NCBI GenBank assembly: GCA_973895155.1
Contig: OZ316891.1
Span: forward strand, 25,047,899-25,111,898
Origin: Marsupella aquatica
Taxonomy: Eukaryota; Plantae; Marchantiophyta
Direction: 5' to 3'
Length of the DNA: 64,000 nucleotides
Positions 19,901 to 31,187 of this stretch are shown piece after piece. Each line of letters starts with the position of its first letter. The first letter of the stretch is position 1. Made by a program: the position numbers and the translations under genes. A model generated the notes under the pieces. It had not been told where the DNA came from and did no database searches. It saw only the letters and a program-made list of their open reading frames with translations.

Positions 19901-21656
19901 GTCCTGCATTGTTGCCGTTGCCGTTGTTGTTGCCGATGCCGATTTCTTTTCTTTCTCCAGTAGTTTCAGCAGACTCTGCATGCCTGGTTGCTGCATCGGC
20001 AAGTCTTCCTTCCTGGGCCTAAACACCTGCTCGATCGTAGGACTAACAGGTGGTTGAGGCTTCTCAGCCAACGGCCTCGGCGTTGGAGCTTCCTCGGGTG
20101 CCCTTACCTGCAGGGGAAGTACCGGGGCAAAAGTCTGACCTCTGGCATACCGGCACAACAGCGGCATGTGATAGCCAAGCCGCGACACGCTCCCCATGCC
20201 GATTACCTGCTGCTCCTCCTTTAAGATCTTCTTCAATTGGTTGAGGAGGTACCCGTTGTAGTCCCGGCTTGGGTCTGGCCTTTCTGCCAGATAGACCTGT
20301 GCCTTGCCGATCTCTGCCCTCGGCAAGTTACAATGCATGGTCACCCGCAAGAAGTCGATCATCTCTCCTATGTGCGGGTTGGTGCAGGTGTTCCGGAAGA
20401 AGCCATTCTTCGTTGATGGCCCGGGGAACGACCGGAACTCCTTGTCAGGCAAGGTCTTCCTGGTATCAACTTTGGTCTTATTGCCCATCGGCAAGCCAAA
20501 CACTTCGGCAATCACCTTGGGAGTAAGATAGAAATCCTTCCCATATATCCTCGTGCAATTGGTCTCGGGTTCCCATGACCCCACGAATTCTAATAGGTCT
20601 GACTGCGGTACCTCCGGCTTCAGCCATGGTAATCTTACAAAGGCCTCCAAGCCGGATCCGGCCATGAAGCCTTGGTACTTCTTGGTCTGCATGGCCGTAA
20701 AGCATGCATCCTCCTCCCGTGCAAAATGTAGTTGCACCTCCACCGGTAGGGTTGCCGCCCAGCCCTTCCAGGTGTCATCCCTGGTTGGAATGGCCTTGAT
20801 GGGATCGACCTCCTCCTCTTCGGCTTCTCCCTGCCTCCTGCTCTGCTGCTCGGCTGGCTTCTTTGGTGCCGCCGACCTCGTTCTTTTTGCCGGGGTGGCT
20901 TCATCGTTGACGGCTCCCTTCCTCTTCATCTTTGCTGCCGTGGAGGTTTCTCCTAGCACCGTTGCCTGGGTCCACCTTTCCGTGCTACCCTTTAATTCCC
21001 AGTGTATGTCGTTGCAGTTCTTGATGGCCTCTCGGATGCCGACGACGCTGTCTTTGCAAAACAGAAGATCGTCGAGTTGATTGGAAGTAGGCGTCCACAG
21101 GAACTCGTCCTTGATGAGTTCGCCTCCTAAGAAAGCCGTCTTCTGCAGCTCCCACAATCGAGCGAGCTCCTGCCATTCTCGAGCTGCCCTTTCTGACTCC
21201 TCATCCTCGTATGTCTTGATGTACTCAGTTGCCCGTTCAAACAGGCATCCCCAGAAATGTGCCACTTGATTGACGTTGCTCATACCCTCCTTAGGTTGAT
21301 CGTCGGTATCTACTCTCTCCCCGAGTGCTTGCCTAAGCAGCTGACAGTAGTTGGCCTCCCGTAGTCGTCTGCCTAGTTCGTGCTCGCAAATGAGCCACCA
21401 TCTCCTGCAAGCGCTCCTTACCCCTCTCCTCTGCCGGTCCTTCTTCCCGTTGATCCTTCCTAGCCGCCGACGCTTAACGCGCCCTAACCCTAATCGGGTT
21501 TTCACCCTCAACCTTACCTCCGGCCTCTGCCCGGGTTCCATGGTTGCCCCTAATTGTTTATATTTTCCTTGTTTTGTCACTATACTAAGGTGTTCCTAGG
21601 GTGCCTTCCTGCTTTACCCACTTAACCGGCCGAGTGATTCCTGTCTAGGCATCACA
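16949..21656 (-). repeat. 5' LTR of element A (4708 bp)
   Basis: Direct repeat with TG...CA termini, followed on the minus strand by the PBS. Confidence 0.95.
17870..21580 (-). CDS. LTR-encoded 1236-aa protein (second intact copy)
   Basis: Near-identical to 9748-13434, with one extra 8-aa repeat. Confidence 0.9.
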   Translation of the reverse strand: MTKQGKYKQLGATMEPGQRPEVRLRVKTRLGLGRVKRRRLGRINGKKDRQRRGVRSACRRWWLICEHELGRRLREANYCQLLRQALGERVDTDDQPKEGMSNVNQVAHFWGCLFERATEYIKTYEDEESERAAREWQELARLWELQKTAFLGGELIKDEFLWTPTSNQLDDLLFCKDSVVGIREAIKNCNDIHWELKGSTERWTQATVLGETSTAAKMKRKGAVNDEATPAKRTRSAAPKKPAEQQSRRQGEAEEEEVDPIKAIPTRDDTWKGWAATLPVEVQLHFAREEDACFTAMQTKKYQGFMAGSGLEAFVRLPWLKPEVPQSDLLEFVGSWEPETNCTRIYGKDFYLTPKVIAEVFGLPMGNKTKVDTRKTLPDKEFRSFPGPSTKNGFFRNTCTNPHIGEMIDFLRVTMHCNLPRAEIGKAQVYLAERPDPSRDYNGYLLNQLKKILKEEQQVIGMGSVSRLGYHMPLLCRYARGQTFAPVLPLQVRAPEEAPTPRPLAEKPQPPVSPTIEQVFRPRKEDLPMQQPGMQSLLKLLEKEKKSASATTTATATMQDTTTEVGLHWLTRENPFAGDKERIRPESKPGVRMYVGTSSSKSEAELPEAPTEEEEREKPDVQEVEEAVEDCSHDNSGYGSDHHVPGVRTCGRFVPTLPRVVRGDPNQQSSPESPPPDVAPPSFDGIKQTMQEFQERIKQEEEAALAKEKDLPGGDWPEDIRRLAKKGSKPLATIEEIRRTAWKQRPRWAMPITSTYSTYAKNRAMEYGEMCGELALGIFGEELEVGPFFHREQLEKHQLEEAVALERSKKDEVIRRLRRMGAEIEDLRAAKKAQDELRIKRHELNIMQGQLDAAQADNQNIKDKLTQTQEELADTIKEREKWKQELKNTEEAHITANSRAMAETQRKEWALKGELEKIRGALEQKEVELGKSYQGIMALQQELASLTASFKADLREKDEMLEQTYAKMNQMESVIIAELDKELRATQEERATLKKELEEAHREQEEAKNELEGARKDLDETQEELEEITRKMENLQRRADNQTERLKKQAAVFKCLAAAGPSPVGTNQLPGVVIAEGQAAPPAPVPEVSGKGKGPAAEPPTKKKRKPSGSRSNTTSQAVVIKEVDPAPTPDRVTAKDPTTLGEGEAEAVGVAEAEAVGVAEAEAVGVAEAKAVGVAEAEAVGIAKAGVEAEAEGGPSQADGELTRSRAGNLSVGRPTAVAEEEVLGASIEDPPPVS

Positions 21657-24600
21657 TATGGGTACAAGAAAGGTCAGCCCCTAAATCTGGTAGTCATTCC
21701 CCTATGCCGACTTTGGTTTGCAAGCTATCGGGACCCCGTCGTGGCCTCGGCTAAAAATATATTTGAATGACTCTTTTTCTGGGTTTTCACCTTCACCAAG
21801 GTGTGCCTTATCTTCCCCTTACTCAACAAAAAAACATTTGGGCCCCAACGGATACCCCTAGCCAAAGTTATGCCCATTCTCCCAAGGCCTGTTTTTGGTG
21901 TAAAGTGGGTGTAAGCGGCGACCCGATTACACTTACCTTACATGCCCCTTATGGAGATTCCAGGTGTCACCAGGGGAGAGTACTCTCATTATACTCATGT
22001 TTCTTATGAAGAATTTGATAAGGACATCAATTTTTGCAACCATTTTCCTCTCTCTTGAATTCAATCTGAAACGACATCATTCTCTATTGGATTCGAATGG
22101 CAGCAGGTCAATCTACAGCTCAACCAGGTTTGCAGCACCCTTCTCAGTCCACCTCCATAGTCATCCAGCCTTGCAAGTGATTCAAAATTGCAGCAAAATT
22201 TTGCAGCAGCCATAGCCCACCAATTTGCAGCTAGCAGCACAACAGCACATTTGAAGCACAGCAGCAGATTCGAAGCACAGTAGCAGTAGCCATAGCTTGA
22301 TTCCTTCTCAGCAACTAGCTCTATTCCAATCACTCAGCCAAGCAGGTCTCTCTTCTCAATTTTGCAACTGCCCACCTCTACAATTTTGCAGCTAGCAGCA
22401 ATCCTATTTTGCAGCCATAGCTCTTCAATTCGCAGCAGCAGCCCTCTTCCTTGTTGATCCGCTAATCAATTCTTGTGCAGCAGTCCATCTGATCAGCCGC
22501 CAGCCCTTCAATTTCGTAGCCCACCATAGCTCACAGTCAGCCAACTAGCTCTTGATCAGCAGCAGCCTATTTTTCCATAGCAAGCAGCTCTATTCCAATC
22601 AGCAGCATCGAGGCAGCCAGCCAATTCTAATCAGCATCCCATGCCTGAAGCTATAGCAGCTCAATTCAATTTCGTATCTGCCTCTTGATCCCAATTCAAA
22701 GCAAGCATCTCATGTATTGACCCTTATGCTGTTCCTGACCTCGTGCTTGAGTCGCCCCGGCCTCGTGCTTAAGTCGTGGTCGCCGCCGACGCGGTTGACA
22801 CTAAGAAAAAATTTCGAATTTTTGTTGTTGGGAAAATAGTATTTCCAGGCCGTTTTGGACCGCCCCAAAAAATCACACATGAGTCTAAAATGACTTCTGA
22901 GTAGATCTACATATTCTCTGGACATAGGACTATGTCCTGGTTTACTAATATCTAAACAAAACTTTATCACCAATTTTATAAAATTAGGTAAAGTGGGTCA
23001 ATTATTATGTTTTCCAAAATTCTTCTCACCTTTGAGATGCTCCCAAAAAGGAACCAAAGATACCCAGCTTCTACCAAAAGTTTTCAGGGATAGAGTGGAC
23101 CATATTTAACCCACTTCCAAACTTGGAATTCCTAAATTTACTCATCAGCTACTATTCCTGGGACCCGCTATTTTGTTAATTTAAGTCACACCAAAACACA
23201 AGGAAACCCTAGGTTGAGACCTCACTTGACATCTAACTTTTTAGGGGTGCTCTAGGGACCTCCTAGCATCTATGGGAAAAATATGAACCAAAACTAAGAC
23301 TTCAAGTGTTGGGTTGTTTCCCCGGCTCAGAATAGTCGCCTAGTCTAAATAAGGACGGAACGTTGTATGCCCCATCATAAAGACCTTCTTATCCCTTGTC
23401 ACTTGCTTAGAACTCAGTAACCTTCCATTCCACTATCTTTCCTATTCTACCTACTTAAGTTCCTAAAACCTAGTTACTCCGATAACACTTAAAACGTCTT
23501 TCTTACTATTCCTTGTTCAAAAAGCAAAAAAATGACAAGTTTCTTACATAAACCTATATCGAGCCATTCCACATTGCTACACCAACTGATGTTACTCCTC
23601 ATGTGACCACCAGGTCCACTCCTTCGAAGGCAGAGTCGAATCAGCAGCTTATTGATAAGTTGACATCTCTCCTCAGTTGCAGTGATGATGGACTATATGA
23701 TGCTGTTAATAATTTGAGAATGGAGGCTGTTAGTTTGAGATCACCATTTCATGATCAGCTAAGTTCTGTCAGAATGACCTCTCCCCCAAGAGAACCATCA
23801 CCAATGGAGTTCGTGATCTGTACCCCTGCCCCTGTATAGCCCCCTTCCCTAGAAACAAGTGAACCTGTTCCAGTAGCAAGTAGTACCAGCTGTGTGGCCA
23901 TTGTGGATGACTTGCTAGAAATACTTTATGTGAACCTCGACAGATAGCATCCATGGTCAGCAACTTGATCCAACAATGTCCAACTGCTAGTCCCACTCTT
24001 AGCCCAGATTCACGACCTTATAGTCCAGATTCCAACTACGAACCCACAAAAGGACCCACCTACAATCGGTCACAATATGAGCACCCTTATGATAGAGAGG
24101 ATCTACCTGAAGACTCTGATCCACCCTCAGATGGTGAAACTTATAGATCTTATGATAATTCTCTTGAGTCATCCCCAAGGCAGGGATTTGAAGATGTTAA
24201 TACTGCCTTAAGATCCAATCCAAACTTAGTAGCAGTTGTCACCTCATCTACTCAGACACCCCAAAATGCCACCATCGAGAGTAGATACCCGAGACATCCA
24301 GAGTCCCAAGTGCACAAGTATGTGGAGACCTGTAAGATTATGCAGGTCAACAGACCACCGGTTGGAGAGTTTTGGAGATACTACTATCTCAAGAAGACAA
24401 AGGCCAGTTATATCTTTGACCTCAGGTGTTTTGGAACTTCCAGACTGGAGATGGCACAATTTGATGAGTTCTGGACTGACTCTCTCTACTTCCGACCTAT
24501 TCTTGCTGTGATGCTACTTCAAGGAGATGTGGAGGTGGAGGATCCAGATTTGGTTCTGGCATATTTTGGAAATTTGGCAACTTATGCCCTAGATTTTGTG

Positions 24601-26248
24601 GTTTCTTTTCTCATGCAGAGTAAGAAATCTACTTCTCCCCAGAATGCTTACCTTCCTCAAGAACCCAAGGTTACACTTGTTTCAACCAGCTCATCTACTG
24701 AGAAATAGAGGATCTGGAACAATGTCACCTCTCAAACTCTGGCCAGCTTCAATCGATATTTCAGAGATGTCAAATGGAGGCTTCACCCTTTCTATTCCAG
24801 GATGCTGAACTCTGATGACTTCCTATACCGTTATCCCCAAGTATATGTTGCTACTTGTAATAACTATGATGTGATTGGGATATATAGAGAAGCTCTTTGA
24901 ATAGACATATGTTATCTAAGGAAGAGAATGCCCCTGATGTATCCTGAAAGGCAACTGAGATACCTACCCTACTCTCGAGGATCCCCACGCCAGGCTGAAC
25001 TAATGGAAGTTACACAAAATCGAACTATCACAGCAGTGGAGCTACTCGAACCAGAAGACATCCGACAACAAGCTTGAGGAGTAGTCTAAGTGTTTTTAGT
25101 TAGTTTTAAGAATAGTGCATCTTTCCCTATTTTTCAAAATGTGTTCTAGAGCTTTAAAAGCTGTCATACTTCTTTAGTATATAGTCTGTACCTAGGAAAA
25201 TATGTTGGCAAAATCTCAGAGTTTTCTGACTTATAGTTAGGAAGTTAAAAATAGTTGAATTTGATAAGTTTTTAGTTGTACCGCAATTACGAATTTCGGT
25301 TTACGTTTTTATGCTTTTACGAGTTTACGTCTTTATGCTTTTACGCTTTTACGGCTTCTTACTTAATCATTTTCTAGCTTTTCACTTACTGAATTACTAT
25401 TTTGACTTTTTGAGGAGTATGAAGAGGCATGTCTCTTTGACCCTATGACCTCTTACCCTGTAGGTTTTTACTATAAGACCCCTCCACCACTAGTGTAGTT
25501 TATGGTTAAGTTATGCATTTTTGCTTCTTCTTTGTGTTAAACTAGTTGATCATGAATCTATGAGTTCGAGATCAGGTTTAACATTTGGAGAGACTTACCT
25601 CCTTCTTGTGTTTCTATCTCTGATTAATAACACAGGAAGTAAAATTCCTTTTGTGCAAATCTTTTGAGTTGTAATGATAGATTCCTTATTGGTGACTCAT
25701 TGCAATCTCTTGAGTTCTTAAAGTTAACTCATTGAGTTTAAGCCTTATTGAAATTGATGGATTTTCTTTCATGTTGCTTAGTACCATCTAAATGTTAAGT
25801 AGTCACTCTTTTAGATCTTGTCTGAGTACCACTTAGAAAGAAAAGATAAGACGTGTTGACGGCACTTTAAAGGAGTACTCTAGTAAGCATTTTAGACCTG
25901 AAAAGCAATATGGATTTGAATCCTTAAGTCTTTTCATTTTGACTTATGTCTAAGGAGCAACCTTGGTCAATTCCAGACTCCCTTAGCATACTTTAAGATA
26001 TTTTCCCCTGTGTTTTGTTAATCATTTCCTTTTCATTAATTTATGTTTACATGATGCTGAGATATCATTGAAAACTTCTCACCGCTGTGGAGCGATCTTC
26101 AAAATACCTTAGTGAAGTAATCAAATTTGATTACTATGTGTGAAAAACATCTTTAGTTCTTTATTATTGATTAAATCTATCAAACCAACCCCATCTTGTT
26201 GAACGAATACCGAGTTTGAAGACCTTTAAGTGTGTTTTTGGTTCTTCA
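21657..26248 (+). mobile_element. Probable LTR-derived fragment of another family
   Basis: AGCAGC-rich tract, a broken ORF, and a T-rich U5-like tail ending ...GTTCTTCA exactly where the older family-2 LTR resumes. The left terminus is not identified. Confidence 0.4.
23603..25077 (+). pseudogene. Degenerate unknown ORF (fragments of 78 aa, 251 aa and a downstream continuation)
   Basis: Coding-like stretch interrupted by stops; no recognised domain. Confidence 0.45.
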
Positions 26249-27439
26249 TAGCAAACTACACCAACGCTTCTTCCGCAGCCACTGCCGTAGGTTCGTTCTC
26301 TAAAAAATTACCTGCTCCGGACCGAGTCAACTCTCCATCGGCCTGACTGGGTCCACCCTCGGCTTCGTCCTCAGCATCAGCCACGGCCTCCCCAACATGC
26401 TCTAATGGTGGATCCGGTACCCCGACTTCATCACCGAGTATCCTAGCCTCGGCTTTGCCATCCCCGCCTTCTAGGGCACTTGGATCCTCTGCCGTGACCC
26501 TGCTTGAGGTTGGTGCAGGTTTTACCTCCTTGGTCACAATGGCTTGAGGAGCCGTATTACTCCTTGACCCAGAAGGTTTCAACTTCTTCTTCTTCCCTGG
26601 TTCGGCAGTTGGCCCCTTCCCCTTGCCACTTACTTTTGGCACCGGTGCGAGTGGAGCGGCTTGTCCTTCGGCCAGTACTACTCCTGGTAACTTGGTTGCC
26701 CCCATTGGATTTGGGCTTGATGAAGCCAAGGACTTAAATACTGCGGCCTGTTTTTTCAGCCGCTCCATTTGGTTGTCGGCTCGCCGCTGTAAGTTCTCCA
26801 TCTTCCGCGTGCTTTCCTCCAACTCCTCCTCTTTGTCCAGGTCCTTGCGCGCCTCTTCCAGCTCCTTTTGGGCTTCCTCCAATTCTTTGTGGGCTTCCTC
26901 CAACTCCTTTAAGGTAGCCCTCTCCTCCTGGGTTGCTCTTAGCTCCTTGTCGAGCTCCGTTATGACCTCAGACTCCATTTTATTCATCTTGGCATAAATC
27001 TGGTCGAGCTGGTCATCTTTCTCAAGGAGGTTGGCCTTGAAGCTGGCCGTCAGGGATGCAAGCTCCTGTTGCAGCATAATAATTGCCTGATAGGATTTTC
27101 CTAACTTGGCCTCCTTCTGCTCAAGAGCTCCACGGATATCCTCGAGCTCCCCTTTCAACACCCTCTCCCTTCTCTGGGTCTCCGCCATGGCCCGGTTGTT
27201 GGCTGCTATGTGGGCCTCCTCTGCGTCCCTCAGCTCTCGCTTCCACTTCTTCCTCTCCTTGATCGCTTTGGGCAACTCTCCTTGGGTTCAAGTCAGTTTA
27301 TCCTTGATAATCCGATTATCAGACTGTGCGGTATCCAATTGCCCCTGCATGATGTTTAGCTCATGCCGCTTAATCCACAGCTCATCTTGGGATTTCTTGG
27401 CCGCCTTCAGGTCTTCTACCTTGGCTTCCCTTGCCCTAA
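26249..27439 (-). pseudogene. Diverged family-2-like LTR fragment with the C-terminal half of the LTR ORF
   Basis: ORF 26256-27275 aligns with the coiled-coil/C-terminus of the 1228-aa protein (KMENLQRRADNQ, SGKGKGP, GGPSQADGELTRS). Cut by the CACTA terminus at 27440. Confidence 0.9.
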
Positions 27440-27827
27440 CACTAGAAGAAAACATGGCCCTTCATGACCAACCGCCCAATGACGGAAATGCATAAATGAC
27501 CTAAATTCTCAATGACACAAAATGAATGACCGGAGAATGACTGTCCAAATTGACCAATAGACTTGAATGACAAAATGATTGTTTTTGCGTCATTTTGTAA
27601 AATGTCTGTAATGACTAATATGACCAATGACACAATTTTCTTAAAATGGTCAATTTAGACATATGTCCTAAATGACGCAACCAATCACCACAATGATAAA
27701 TCAGTGTTTAGCACCATTGTAGTCACTTTGGACAATGATTAAAATGACCAAAAACCTATTTGGGTCATTTTGGACAACAATAATAAATGACAAAAAACCT
27801 GTTTGTCATTTTAACCGATGGTGCTAA

Positions 27828-28248
27828 ATGACTAAATCTATGGTCAATCAAAATATCAAGATATATCAATGTTTACAACAATACACAGTCATTACAGACT
27901 TGTCTCATAAATGACTAAAGCTAATGTCAATCAAAAACTCTTGATATATCAGTGTTTACAACAACATACAGTCATTATGGACTTGTCTCATATATATGAC
28001 TAAATCTAAGGTCAATCTAAAATTAGGATATATCAGTGTTTATAACAACATAGAGTCATTATGGACTTGTCTTATATATGACTAAATCTAAGGTCAATCT
28101 AAGAATTAGAATATATCAGTGTTTACAACAACATACAATCATTATGGACGTGTTTCATAAATGACTACTGTCTTGTAGAGTCTATCTAAATATCAAGATA
28201 TATTAGTGTTGATGACAATATATTGTCATTACAGACTTGAGTCATAAA
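27828..28248. repeat. ~83-bp tandem repeat, about 5 copies
   Basis: ATGACTAAATCTAAGGTCAATC...GATATATCAGTGTTTACAACAA...GTCATTA.GGACTTGTC units starting near 27828, 27911, 27996, 28078 and 28161. Confidence 0.9.
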
Positions 28249-28450
28249 CCTTGGGCCCTCAATCTTAACTAATACGTGGAGGACGTGCGAACGCTCAAAA
28301 GATAGTTTTTATTCATTTTGAACTAATAGTTATAATTATTACCGGTAATAAGAGAACTTTTAATGGTAAAATGGAAATAACAAGGGGTAAACATGAAAAT
28401 GGCCCGATCGTAGGGGGTCCACTTCTTTTACATGGAGTGAGGGCCCAGGG
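28249..28450. mobile_element. 202-bp MITE with 13-bp TIR and 8-bp TSD
   Basis: CCTTGGGCCCTCA...TGAGGGCCCAGGG, flanked by GTCATAAA on both sides. Confidence 0.85.
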
Positions 28451-28539
28451 GTCATAAATGACTACTTATAGATACATTAAGCTATGTTGGATATATCAAT
28501 GATTAAAATATTGTATAGTCATTGCAGACATAGGTCATA

Positions 28540-31187
28540 ATTGTAGAGTCATTTAAGAATGCCAATGACTACATTAAGGGCAATATTGGCTGTCATATTA
28601 GATGTCATTTTGACCAAATGACTGCATATGTCATCATTCAAGACATCCCTCATGGTGTCATTATGGAAAAGCAAAAATGACCATTTTTGGTCTACGAGCT
28701 TAAGGTGGGCCCGAGTGTGCCATGGGCCCTACATAGAAGTGAAAAACTCTCCACTAGGTGCGGGACACTACACACATCATTGTCCAACCACTAGTTGCAG
28801 CATAAACACTTTGGACACATGTTTTTGTGTTTACTTAAGGCATGATGCACCTTTGGGGAAATCACTCCCAAGTCATACGACTTTGGAGTGATTTGCCAAA
28901 AGTGTCACCATAGATGCATACCATCACATCCAAACGCAAACAAAAGTGGTATTTTTGTTCTCCAAAAGAGAGTGCAACACCAATAGAATGGGTGTGGTTG
29001 TTGTGCTTCCCTATATGGTGTGTGTGCGGGTTTAGGGTAGAGGAATATTCTAACCTTGCAAGGAATCTAAAGCAGGCTCTTTGTGGAGGTACTAGGGCCT
29101 TTATTGGGTCATTTGTGAACAATGGTCTGTCATAAATGCGAATGACTAAAAGTAGGGTCATTAAAATTGTCATATGGGAAGTCATATAAGTCAAGTGACT
29201 GGACTTGTGGTCATTTGTGTGGTCCCTCATGCAATCATTAAACAGAAGCACAAATGACCAGTGTGAGGCTAGGGGCTGAAGGTGGGGCCGAGTGTGCCAT
29301 GGGCCTTACATAGAGGTGAAAAACTCTCCACTAGGTGCGGGACACTACACTCATCATTGTCCAACCACTAGTTGCGGCATAAACACTTTGGACACATGTT
29401 TTTGCGTTTACTTAAGGCATGATGCACCTTTGGGGAAATCACTCCCAAGTCATACGACTTTGGAGTGATTTGCCAAAAGTGTCACCATGGATGCATACCA
29501 TCACATCCAAACGCAAACAAAAGTGGTATTTTTGTTCTCCAAAAGAGAGTGCAACACCAATAGAATGGGTGTGGTTGTTGTGCTTCCCTATATGGTGTGT
29601 GTGCGGGTTTAGGGTAGAGGAATATTCTAACCTTGCAAGGGATCTAAAGCGGGCTCTTTGTGAAGGTACTAGGGCCTTTATTGGGTCATTTGTGAACAAT
29701 GTCCCGTCATAAATGCCAATGACTAAAAGTAGGGTCATTAAAACTGTCATATGGGAAGTCATATAAGTCAAGTGACTGGACTTGTGGTCATTTGTGTGGT
29801 TCCTCATGCAGTCATTAAAGAGAAGCACAAATGACCAGTTTGGGGCTAGGGACTTAAGGTGGGCCCGAGTGTGCCATGGGCCCTACACAGAGGTCAGAAA
29901 CTCTCCACTAGGTGCGGGACACTACACTCATCATTGTCCAACCACTAGTGGCGGCATAAACACTTTGGACACATGTTTTTGCGTTTACTTAAGGCATGAT
30001 GCACCTTTGGGGAAATCACTCCCAAGTCTCCATGGATGCATGCAACCCATTGGTTCCAAAGGTAAATGAAGCCATTTTTTTTGTCTCTCCAAGAAGTCGC
30101 GCAACACCAATGGAAGGTTGTCATATGTTTTAGGAACGTGTCATGTTTGTGCAGGTGTTTGGATGGGGAATACTCCATTTTGCATACGAATAGTGTTGGG
30201 GTATTGTGAGTAGGTGTTGTAATCTTCATTGGGTCATTTTGGAGGAATAGAGTGTCATTAATGCCAAAGACTACAATAAGGGTCATTTTGGCAGTTATTT
30301 TTGAGGTCATTTGAATGTGCCAAATGACGGCATATGGGGTCATTATAGAGGTCCCTCATGGTGTCATTATGGACCAACAGAAATGACCATTTTAGGTCTA
30401 GGAGCTTAAGGTGGGCCCGGGTGTGCCATAGGCCCTACATAGAGGTGACAACCCCTCCACTAGGTGCGGGACACTATACTCATCATTGTCCATCCACTAG
30501 TTGCGCCATAAACACTCTAGACACATGTTTTTGTGTTTACTTAAGGTATGATGCACCTTAGGGGAAATCACTCTCAAGTCATACGACGTTGGAGTGATTT
30601 GACAAAAATATGACCATGGATGCATACCATCGTATCTAGCAAATGGAGCCATTTTTTGTCTCTCCAATAAGTAGCGGGACTTTGATTTAATTGTGTCATG
30701 TTTGTGTTGGTGTTTGGATGGGGAATATTCTATTTTGCAAATGAAGAGTAACGGGGCTGGTTAAAGGTAGTAGTGTAATCTTTATTGGGTCATTTCTGAA
30801 AAATTTGTGTCATAGGTTAATGCCAATGACTACAAGTAGGGTCATTAAAATAGTCATATGGTAAGTCATATAAGTCAAATGACTGGACTTCTTGTCATTT
30901 GAGGGGTCCTTCTTGCAGTCATGAAGTAGAAGCACAAATGACCAGTTTGGGGCTAGGGGCTGGAGGTGGGCCCTAGAGTGCCATGTGGCCCCACATAGAG
31001 CTGACAACCCCTCCACTACGTGCGGGATGCTATACTCATCATTGTCCAACCACTAGTTGTGCCATGAACATTTTGAAGTTATCTTTTTGCGTTTACTTAA
31101 GGCATGATGCACCTTTGGGGAAATCACTCCCAAGTCATACGACTTTGGAGTGATTTGCCAAAAGTGTCACCATGGATGCATACCACC
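28540..31187. repeat. ~577-bp satellite array, left part
   Basis: Period of 577 between copies (spurious ORFs at 28862 and 29439); about 4.5 units. Confidence 0.95.

Larger units (their letters stand above)
8827..21656 (-). mobile_element. Family-2 Gypsy element A, non-autonomous (RT/RNaseH/most of INT deleted)
   Basis: Two LTRs TGTGGTGC...GCATCACA, PBS, PPT, gag-PR and a fused pol remnant. Flanks AAGGT/TATGG do not form a TSD. Confidence 0.95.

Noticed and set aside
28628-31049. ORFs of 67-132 aa in the satellite (also 62087-63421)
   Set aside because: They recur with the repeat period on both strands with variable stops, consistent with chance ORFs.
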